Positions 49,791 to 57,089 of a stretch of 57,089 nt of DNA are shown here, piece by piece; the stretch's first letter is position 1, and each line of letters opens with the position of its first letter. The stretch covers positions 1 through 57,089 of the forward strand of contig CAMAVZ010000010.1 of the NCBI GenBank assembly GCA_945861645.1, in the 5' to 3' direction. The notes under the pieces were generated by a model. It was not told the DNA's origin. It made no database searches and worked only from the letters and a program-made list of their open reading frames with translations. This DNA comes from Opitutus sp. GAS368. GTDB taxonomy: Bacteria; Verrucomicrobiota; Verrucomicrobiia; Opitutales; Opitutaceae. The translations under genes and the position numbers were made by a program.

Positions 49791-51277
49791 GCGCCCTGGC
49801 TCGTTTATTTTTGTGGCTTGGTCTGATGGCGAGCAGTGGCGCGGTCGCGTTGGCGGTGCCGGCAGCCACTTTCCCTCGTGAATTATCAACCTACGCGCAG
49901 TCTCCTGCCGCGGGCTTATGGTCAGTTCTGCAAGCGCGCGTGGCGGCGGAACCTTTCAATTTAGCGGCGACGGCTATCTTTATCTGTGCGGTGCTGCATA
50001 CTTTTTTAGCGCCCAAAATTAGCCAGTGGGGACACCTCGTCGAAGAGCGCCATCGCGCTGGTCTTCAGCGGCAGCGTCCGCTCACCGCTCGGGATGAAGA
50101 TGGCCAGCCGGATGAAGTGAGTTTCGGTGGACAGGTGCTGCATTTTTTTGGCGAGGTTGAGGCGGTTTTCGGTATCTGGTCAGTCGCCCTTGCGGCGGTG
50201 ATCATCGCTTACAAAGGGGTCGACCCCGCGGTGCATTATATTGGCAAGACGGTTAATTTTACGGAACCCATGTTTGTGGTTATCATTATGGCCTTAGCTT
50301 CGACTCGGCCGGTAACGCGACTGGCGGAGCAGGGGTTGCGCCTGGTGGCGTCGCTTGGCGGTGGCCGACCGGTGGCCTGGTGGTTTTCGATTCTGACGAT
50401 CGCGCCTTTGTTGGGGTCAGTGATTACCGAGCCGGCGGCGATGACGATTGCGGCGCTGCTGTTGGCGAAACAATTTTATCAACTCCAACCGAGTCGCAAG
50501 CTGGCCTACGCCACGTTGGGCCTGCTTTTTGTCAATATTTCTATTGGGGGCACGCTCACCCATTTCGCGGCCCCGCCGGTTTTGATGGTGGCGGCAGCGT
50601 GGCACTGGGATCTGGCGTATATGTTCACGCACTTCGGTTGGCATGCGCTCTCCGGTATCGTTCTGTCGAATGGTTTTTATTTCTTAGTTTTCCGCTCTGA
50701 ACTGCTCGCGCTGGCGGCGCCCACCGCGGTCGCGATCACCGAGGAATCTAGTCCCTGGTGGGTTACGGGAGTTCATTTGGGCTTTCTGGGTTTCACCGTC
50801 TCGATGGCGCATCACCCCGCGCTTTTTATCGGCGGATTTCTTTTCTTTTTAGCGTTTGCTCAGGCCACGGCCCACCATCAGAGCAAAATTGATTTACGCA
50901 GCCCTTTGCTCGTGGGATTTTTTCTGGCGGGTTTAGTGGTTCACGGCGGACTCCAAGCGTGGTGGATTGAACCGGTGTTGGGCCGCCTCGGGGGAAAGTC
51001 CTTGTTTGCGGGTGCGACCATTTTGACGGCTTTTAATGATAACGCGCTGATCACTTATCTGGCGACGTTGGTGCCAGGGCTGACCGAGAATCTTAAATTT
51101 GCCGTCGTGGCGGGAGCCGTGACTGGGGGTGGACTCACCGTGATCGCCAATGCCCCGAACCCCGCGGGCCAATCGATTCTGTCACCTTATTTCCCCGGTG
51201 GCGTATCTCCGCTCGGCTTATTCCTTGGCGCCCTCATCCCCACGCTGATCGTCGCGTTTTCTTTCATGGTATTATAA
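49787..51277 (+). CDS. putative Na+/H+ antiporter (DUF1504 family)
   Basis: GEVEAVFGIW, TEPMFV, GSVITEPAAMT, NISIGGTLTHFAAPP, GGGLTVIANAPNPAG; many TM segments. Confidence 0.85.
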   Translation: MSALARLFLWLGLMASSGAVALAVPAATFPRELSTYAQSPAAGLWSVLQARVAAEPFNLAATAIFICAVLHTFLAPKISQWGHLVEERHRAGLQRQRPLTARDEDGQPDEVSFGGQVLHFFGEVEAVFGIWSVALAAVIIAYKGVDPAVHYIGKTVNFTEPMFVVIIMALASTRPVTRLAEQGLRLVASLGGGRPVAWWFSILTIAPLLGSVITEPAAMTIAALLLAKQFYQLQPSRKLAYATLGLLFVNISIGGTLTHFAAPPVLMVAAAWHWDLAYMFTHFGWHALSGIVLSNGFYFLVFRSELLALAAPTAVAITEESSPWWVTGVHLGFLGFTVSMAHHPALFIGGFLFFLAFAQATAHHQSKIDLRSPLLVGFFLAGLVVHGGLQAWWIEPVLGRLGGKSLFAGATILTAFNDNALITYLATLVPGLTENLKFAVVAGAVTGGGLTVIANAPNPAGQSILSPYFPGGVSPLGLFLGALIPTLIVAFSFMVL

Positions 51278-51360
51278 AACTGGGGACACGCTGAAGACGT
51301 GATCAGCTCCGCGCTGCAGCGCTCTATCGTAGTTCAAAATGTCTGGGTCGATCGTGTGCT

Positions 51361-51419
51361 ATTCGCGGTTTAAAGGTTGTCTTAGGGGGGCTTAATACTT
51401 ACCCCTTAAACCTTAAAAC
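51361..51419 (-). repeat. intergenic repeat family copy D (partial)
   Basis: reverse complement GTTTTAAGGTTTAAGGGGTAAGTATTAAG...AAGACAACCTTTAAACCGCGAAT. Confidence 0.75.
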
Positions 51420-51436
51420 AATCTCGCTCGCTGGAC

Positions 51437-52705
51437 TTAGGGGAAGAGGCCGCGTTTGGCTTTGGCTTCGGCGACGCGCGATATACCTAGCACTAAGGCG
51501 GCGGAGCGACGACTGCAGCGGTACTTTTTCTGCGTCTCATCGACCGAGGCTTTCGCTTTCGCGAGCATGCGGTAGAGTTTATCGAACACTTCACCTTTGG
51601 TCCAATAATAGTTTTGGAGGTTTTGGAGCCACTCGAAATAAGAGACAATTACGCCGCCGGAATTACAGAGAACATCAGGAATCAATTCGATGTCACCGCG
51701 CTCCGTGATGATTTTATCTGCTTCGTAGGTGGTCGGACCGTTGGCGCCCTCAGCCAAAACGCGACACTTGAGCTTCGCGGCGTTTTTCTCGGTGATGACG
51801 CGTTCGAACGCGGCGGGAATCAGGACGGTGCAGGGCAACTCCAGTAACTCTTCATTCGTGACGGCTTGGCCGCCGGAGTAGCCTTGCAGCGATTTATTCG
51901 TGACGGTGTAAGCCAAGGCTTCCTGCAGGTTGATGCCCTTGGGATTGTAGATGCCGCCGGTGAAATCTGAGATACCAATAATCTCCGCACCCCATTCGTA
52001 AAGCGCGAGCGCCGCTTCACTGCCGACATTACCGAAACCTTGAATGACGATCGTGGTTTTTTCCGCGGCGATGCCCAGATCCTGTAAGTAGGCTTTCACA
52101 AACCAAGCGACCCCTTCACCGGTAGCTTCGCGGCGACCGAGCGAACCACCCAAGGCGATGGGTTTTCCTGTGATGACGCCCGGGTCAAAGTGGCCGACGT
52201 GGTTGGAATAAGTATCCATCATCCACGCCATCACTTGCTCGTTCGTGCCGACGTCAGGCGCCGGAATATCGATGTTAGGCCCGATAAAGGGAGTGATCTC
52301 TTGCATGTAGCGTCGCGAGAGACGCTCAAGTTCGGTGAGCGACATATCGCGAGCATTCACGACGACGCCGCCCTTGGCGCCCCCGAAGGGCAAGCCGACG
52401 AGCGAGCATTTCCAGCTCATCCACATGGCCAAGGCGGCCACTTCGCCGAGCGTGACATCTTGGTGAAACCGAATACCGCCCTTCGCTGGACCGGTAGAGA
52501 GATTATGCTGCACCCGGTAGCCCTCAAAGATTGCGACGTTCCCATTGTCCATGCGCACCGGCATGGAAACAATGACACACCGACGCGGCCGTTTGGTGCG
52601 TTCGCGCAACCCAGCATCCATGCCGAGATAATCGGCGGCTTGATCAAATTGATCACAGGCCTGTTGGAAGACCGCAGAATTATAGATTGTATGAGTGAGG
52701 GACAT
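51437..52705 (-). CDS. gdhA: glutamate dehydrogenase (Glu/Leu/Phe/Val dehydrogenase family)
   Basis: GYRVQHN...GPAKGGIRF, LPFGGAKGG, DIPAPDVGT, ITGKP, QGFGNVG, EGANGPT, GGVIVSYFEW. Confidence 0.93.
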   Translation of the reverse strand: MSLTHTIYNSAVFQQACDQFDQAADYLGMDAGLRERTKRPRRCVIVSMPVRMDNGNVAIFEGYRVQHNLSTGPAKGGIRFHQDVTLGEVAALAMWMSWKCSLVGLPFGGAKGGVVVNARDMSLTELERLSRRYMQEITPFIGPNIDIPAPDVGTNEQVMAWMMDTYSNHVGHFDPGVITGKPIALGGSLGRREATGEGVAWFVKAYLQDLGIAAEKTTIVIQGFGNVGSEAALALYEWGAEIIGISDFTGGIYNPKGINLQEALAYTVTNKSLQGYSGGQAVTNEELLELPCTVLIPAAFERVITEKNAAKLKCRVLAEGANGPTTYEADKIITERGDIELIPDVLCNSGGVIVSYFEWLQNLQNYYWTKGEVFDKLYRMLAKAKASVDETQKKYRCSRRSAALVLGISRVAEAKAKRGLFP

Positions 52706-52849
52706 GGGGGTGGGGAAGGTTTTGTTGCAAAGAATCTGCCGAGCCGGCTAGCGTTTAGCAATTGGCTTCGGGTTGTTAGATTTGCTCAATCAAGGAACTT
52801 ATTAAGGGGATAATGGCGGGCAAAATTGGAAATCGGGAAAGGCGGGATA

Positions 52850-52945
52850 GTTTTAGGGTTTAAGGGGTAAGTTCTAGTTCTGCCAAGACAGCTTTTAAAC
52901 CGCGAAAGGCGCAAAGTGACGCGAATAAAATTGAGGCCTAAAACT
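52850..52945 (+). repeat. intergenic repeat family copy E
   Basis: TTTAAGGGGTAAGTTCTAGTTCTGCCAAGACAGCTTTTAAACCGCGAAAGGCGCAAAGTGACGCGAA. Confidence 0.88.
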
Positions 52946-53166
52946 TAAACCTTTTTCCGCCTTTAGCCCGCGAACCGCGAGGGAAACACGCCCAAGCCTT
53001 TTTGACCACGGATGGGGACAGGATGGGAGCGATCGCAAAACCGCTAAAGCGGTGCTTAGTCCTAAGGCTGCAGGGTGGATTTGAAGTTTGGAGAGGGCCC
53101 CCGTGGGGGATGCTTTCGGCGAGCTTGCGCGTGAGCTTATGGCGCTTACAAGATTTCGCCTGATCC

Positions 53167-55206
53167 ATGGCCTTATTCAAACTACATGCTGAGTATCAGC
53201 CGACGGGTGATCAGCCGACGGCGATTGCGGCGCTCGTGCAATCTCTGCGCAACGGGAATCGGCATCAGACGCTCCTCGGGGTAACGGGTTCCGGTAAGAC
53301 CTTCACAATGGCCAATGTGATCGCGCAACTGGATCGTCCCACGCTGATCCTATCGCATAACAAGACCCTCGCGGCGCAGCTGTACTCGGAGTTTAAGAAT
53401 TTCTTCCCAGAGAATGCGGTCGAGTACTTCGTAAGTTATTATGATTATTATCAGCCTGAAGCTTACGTGCCGACGAGCGATACATTTATTGAAAAAGATT
53501 CTTCAATTAATGAGGAATTGGAACGCCTGCGCATTGCCACGACGAGTTCGCTGGTCAGTCGGCGCGATGTGATTGTGGTGGCGAGTGTCTCCTGCATTTA
53601 CGGGCTGGGTTCGCCCGAGGATTTCTCGGCGATGCGCATCACGCTGCGGAAGGGGGCGAGTCTCAATCGCAATAAATTCCTGGAGCGCTTGGTGGAGAAT
53701 CTTTACGAGCGAAATGATTATGAATTAAAGCGCGGGAGTTTTCGCGTGCGCGGCGATGTCGTGGACGTGATGCCGGCTTACCTCGAGCATGGTTTGCGGG
53801 TAGAATTCTTTGGAGACGAAATCGAAGGCTTGACTGAATTCGAGCCAATCGGCGGGGCGATCATTCGACGTACGGAGCAATTTGAACTTTATCCCGCCAA
53901 CCAATACGTAACGAGCAAGAGCCGCCTCGAGGCAGCGATTGCAGGGATTAAGGCCGAGCTGGAGGAGAGGGTGGCCTTTTTTGAAAAAAATCAGCAATAC
54001 CTCGAAGCCCAGCGGATTCGCCTGCGCACTGATTACGATTTGGAGATGCTGCAGGAGATGGGCTTTTGCAACGGAATCGAAAATTATTCCCGCCATTTGA
54101 CCGGGCGGACCCCGGGGGATCGGCCATTTTGCTTGGTGGATTTTTTCCCGAAAGACCTGTTGCTGATGGTCGACGAGAGTCATGTCAGTATCCCGCAAAT
54201 CGGCGGCATGTATAACGGAGACTTGGCGCGTAAGAGTACGCTGGTGAATTTCGGTTTTCGTTTACCTTCGGCGCTGGATAATCGGCCGCAGAGCTTTGCT
54301 GAATTCCAGAAAATCACGGGGCAGACGCTGTATGTTTCGGCCACACCTGCGCCGTTTGAGTTGGAGCATTCGACGGTCGTGGCGGAGCAGGTGATTCGTC
54401 CGACGGGGCTGCTGGATCCGGTGATTGTCGTGCGGACCACCAAGGGGCAGGTGGAGGATTTGATTGGCGAGGCTCGAGCGGCGGCGGCGGTGGGGGAGCG
54501 TGTCTTGGTGACGACTTTAACCAAGCGAATGGCGGAAGATTTAACCACTTTCATGCGCGCGGCGCAGGTGCGGGTGGAGTATTTGCATTCTGATATCGAC
54601 GCACTTGAACGAGTGGAGATTTTGCGTAATCTCCGGCGAGGTAATTTTGATGTGCTGATTGGAATTAATCTACTGCGCGAAGGCTTAGATTTACCCGAAG
54701 TAGCGCTGGTCGCTATTCTTGATGCGGATAAGGAAGGGTTTTTACGGAGCGCTACTAGCTTAATGCAGACGGCTGGGCGGGCGGCGCGACATGAGAAAGG
54801 GCGGGTGATATTTTATGCAGACGTCATGACGGCATCGATCCAGCGCACGCTGGAGACCGTCACTGCACGGCGGGCTAAACAACTCGCGCACAATGCCACC
54901 CACGGAATTACGCCCCGCAGTGTACAACGCGGCGTGCAGGCCAGTTTGCAGGTAAAAGACGGAGCCGCGGATGCGCCACCACTGGCCTTGGCGGAAAGCA
55001 GTGCTGACGAGGTGGCCGCGGTGATTGCAGAACTCGAAGAAGAGATGAAAACCGCCGCTGATAAATTGGAGTTCGAGCGAGCCGCCTTATTGCGGGATCA
55101 GATAAATTCGCTTAAATCAGGTGACTATAAAAAGCCGGATCGCTCCCGTAGTTATCGAAAGGCGAAAGGGATGAAAATCGGGAAAGCGGGAAATTCTAAA
55201 AACTGA
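53167..55206 (+). CDS. uvrB: excinuclease ABC subunit B
   Basis: PTGDQP, LGVTGSGKTF, YYDYYQPEAY, DESH, GINLLREGLD, FERAALLRD. Confidence 0.98.
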   Translation: MALFKLHAEYQPTGDQPTAIAALVQSLRNGNRHQTLLGVTGSGKTFTMANVIAQLDRPTLILSHNKTLAAQLYSEFKNFFPENAVEYFVSYYDYYQPEAYVPTSDTFIEKDSSINEELERLRIATTSSLVSRRDVIVVASVSCIYGLGSPEDFSAMRITLRKGASLNRNKFLERLVENLYERNDYELKRGSFRVRGDVVDVMPAYLEHGLRVEFFGDEIEGLTEFEPIGGAIIRRTEQFELYPANQYVTSKSRLEAAIAGIKAELEERVAFFEKNQQYLEAQRIRLRTDYDLEMLQEMGFCNGIENYSRHLTGRTPGDRPFCLVDFFPKDLLLMVDESHVSIPQIGGMYNGDLARKSTLVNFGFRLPSALDNRPQSFAEFQKITGQTLYVSATPAPFELEHSTVVAEQVIRPTGLLDPVIVVRTTKGQVEDLIGEARAAAAVGERVLVTTLTKRMAEDLTTFMRAAQVRVEYLHSDIDALERVEILRNLRRGNFDVLIGINLLREGLDLPEVALVAILDADKEGFLRSATSLMQTAGRAARHEKGRVIFYADVMTASIQRTLETVTARRAKQLAHNATHGITPRSVQRGVQASLQVKDGAADAPPLALAESSADEVAAVIAELEEEMKTAADKLEFERAALLRDQINSLKSGDYKKPDRSRSYRKAKGMKIGKAGNSKN

Positions 55207-55413
55207 GCAGGCAGAAGAAAGGGCTAGAGGTCAGAGGCTTCAGGCTTGAGGGCGGAAGGGCGGAAAAGCTGAAAGCGTGAAAGTGGAAAATAAGAAAACT
55301 TGGCAGCGGTCTTGGCCTTTAATCCAGATCAAATGCGTGAAGTCCGTGGCAAAAATGGCTGGGTCGATTTTGCGCCTTCGGTGCTTTTTGTGGCGGCTTG
55401 CGTGCTCGCGGCT

Positions 55414-55505
55414 CGGTGCTTAGTTTAAGGCCCAAATTCTTTTTACGTCCCTTTGTGCTCTTCGCCGTAAAAAGTCTTGACCGAGCTTACGACTTATAAC
55501 TTAAA
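55414..55505 (-). repeat. intergenic repeat family copy F (degenerate)
   Basis: reverse complement TAAGCTCGGTCAAGACTTTTTACGGCGAAGAGCACAAAGGGACGTAAAAGAATTTGGGCCTTAAACT aligns loosely with copy E. Confidence 0.55.
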
Positions 55506-55517
55506 AATTTTTCGTTT

Positions 55518-55796
55518 TTAGCGCGGGCCGAGTTCTTTGACGGTACGCGTGCTGCCTTGGGCGGTAATTTTATTTAGGGCTTCGGCATCGACCACTTGCG
55601 AGGCATCACCGATAATGTCGGCTTTTTTCTTAACTTTACGCGGGATCCAACTGCTCAAGGTGTTTACTTGCACGAATTCTTCGACTTCAGCGGTCGTCGG
55701 GACTTTTTTCTCTGGGGTGATCGGCGTAGTCGCGCAACCGCCAAGCATCAACGCTAGCATCATTGAGAGCCAACTAAGTTTTGAGCTGGCGGGCAT
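55518..55796 (-). CDS. small hypothetical lipoprotein
   Basis: hydrophobic stretch ending in lipobox LGG-C; start uncertain. Confidence 0.65.
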   Translation of the reverse strand: MPASSKLSWLSMMLALMLGGCATTPITPEKKVPTTAEVEEFVQVNTLSSWIPRKVKKKADIIGDASQVVDAEALNKITAQGSTRTVKELGPR

Positions 55797-55810
55797 AATA
55801 GGCGAAGCGG

Positions 55811-56485
55811 TCACTCTAAATCCGATAGATCTTCGCGGCGATTTTGACGGCACTCAGCCATGACACGCAGCCAAATTTCGCGCAGGTCGAACAACCGCGG
55901 GAGAGCGAAGGCGCGATACTCCGTCGCGCTTTGATGACCGAGCACATCGGGTTGGCTAAGCCGGGCGATGGAAATATTAATTTCGCCCAGGGCGCGTTTG
56001 AAGAGGCAGATGGCTAGGGTGTAGTCGCCCATCTCGAGCGCTTCGACCGCCTGCACCACATGCTCATTGCCCCGATACAGCGAGGATTGGACGACTAAGG
56101 CTAGGGCGGCGGGTACGTCAGGGGCAGTCGTCACCGTTTTTTCCCACTGGGTGGTGAGGCTCAGGTACAGAGCGCGGGTCGAAATATAAACGGGATTCCG
56201 GTGCAGCGTGTAGGGCACCCAGTCATCATCAAACTCCTCATCGGACTCATCGGCCGATTCTTCGAGTGCCGTTTCCGTCATGGCGGCTAATTCCCAGCCC
56301 ATGCGGCGAGCGACTTCATCAATGCGATCAGTGACGAGGGTCAACTGCTCGTAGTGTTTAAGGTACTCGCGAACGGCTTCTTCTTGGGCGTTGAGATACT
56401 TAACCCACTCAGCCTCGGTCCAGGAGAGTTCTCCGCGATCTTCCCAGTCATTATCGAACAACCCGTCAGAATCAGAATTGGTCAT
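55811..56485 (-). CDS. acidic conserved hypothetical protein
   Basis: 224-aa helical ORF with ATG start; no family recognised. Confidence 0.75.
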   Translation of the reverse strand: MTNSDSDGLFDNDWEDRGELSWTEAEWVKYLNAQEEAVREYLKHYEQLTLVTDRIDEVARRMGWELAAMTETALEESADESDEEFDDDWVPYTLHRNPVYISTRALYLSLTTQWEKTVTTAPDVPAALALVVQSSLYRGNEHVVQAVEALEMGDYTLAICLFKRALGEINISIARLSQPDVLGHQSATEYRAFALPRLFDLREIWLRVMAECRQNRREDLSDLE

Positions 56486-56608
56486 GTGATGAAGGGCTTG
56501 GCCACTTCGAGTTAAATCTGCTTAGGTCCGGGCGGCTGGCAAATAAAATTCTGGTCATACTCGCTACCATCGGATTGAATTTCCTCGGGCCGCTTCCTTC
56601 CTTTCTGC

Positions 56609-56884
56609 ATGCCCACCGTCACCTATGCTCAGGTTCTCTTTACTGGTCGCGTCCAGGGCGTCGGTTTTCGCTATCAGACCCTCCAAGTAGCCAAGGAATT
56701 CGAGGTCTGCGGTGGGGTGAAAAACCTACCGGACGGACGAGTCCAGCTGGAGGTTGAAGGGGGCGCCAGCGAGGTAAATGACTTTATTGCGGCGGTTGAG
56801 GAGCGGATGGCGGATTACATTCGTAAAAGTGAGCGGACGGCGAGTTCGCGGGCAGCGCAGTTTAACGATTTTGCCCTGCGATGA
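56609..56884 (+). CDS. acyP: acylphosphatase
   Basis: [19 protein letters not shown]. Confidence 0.93.
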   Translation: MPTVTYAQVLFTGRVQGVGFRYQTLQVAKEFEVCGGVKNLPDGRVQLEVEGGASEVNDFIAAVEERMADYIRKSERTASSRAAQFNDFALR

Positions 56885-57089
56885 AGCCGCCCATGGATTA
56901 TCCATGGGCCATTGAATTAGTCGATTTTGCGCAAAAATATCGCATGAGTGGGAGCGGGCATGGGCGTCCGGCGGTCGGCGGCCTGACCTTGCGACTAGGG
57001 CCCGGGCAAATTCTCGGCCTGCTCGGACCGAATGGATCGGGCAAGAGCACCACGCTCAAGGCGCTGGCTGGCTTGCTCACGCCTACGGC
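56881..57089 (+). CDS. ABC transporter ATP-binding protein (5' part, runs off the window)
   Basis: own translation [16 protein letters not shown]...[32 protein letters not shown] overlap with acyP. Confidence 0.88.
   Translation, partial: MKPPMDYPWAIELVDFAQKYRMSGSGHGRPAVGGLTLRLGPGQILGLLGPNGSGKSTTLKALAGLLTPT

Noticed and set aside
52190-52813. 207-aa plus-strand ORF
   Set aside because: Antisense shadow of glutamate dehydrogenase, attributable to codon bias
52990-53166. LexA box upstream of uvrB
   Set aside because: No TGTTC-N4-GAACA-like palindrome seen
43192-55505. CRISPR array interpretation of the repeats
   Set aside because: Copies are kilobases apart, in mixed orientation, with no regular spacers and no cas genes

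Overview
57-kb chromosomal window of moderately GC-rich bacterial DNA. Gene content points to Verrucomicrobiota, most likely Opitutales/Opitutaceae: a DUF1553/DUF1501 pair, an Ala|Phe-type pseudopilin cassette, two rho paralogs and SD-less C/A-rich leaders. This assignment is an inference. The window is mostly housekeeping (coaE, coaD, rho x2, fhs, ppk2, acs, pgsA/pgpA, aroQ, type-B L36/L31, gdhA, uvrB, acylphosphatase), plus a type IV pilus/T2SS motor locus, a six-gene pseudopilin cassette and one CAT-anticodon tRNA. No CRISPR array, rRNA or intact mobile element was seen. The best non-obvious signals: (1) an intergenic GU-rich, terminator-capped sRNA candidate at about 3860-3940, with a 14-nt complementary site in the pilC leader; (2) a dispersed MITE/REP-like intergenic repeat family with about 6 copies between 43 and 55.5 kb; (3) a NusG paralog heading two paralogous unknown beta-barrel-like genes, the first interrupted by two compensating homopolymer frameshifts; (4) a 35-codon tyrosine-integrase-like relic at the 5' side of the tRNA; (5) two divergent Rho proteins, one with an RGG-rich disordered N-terminus.
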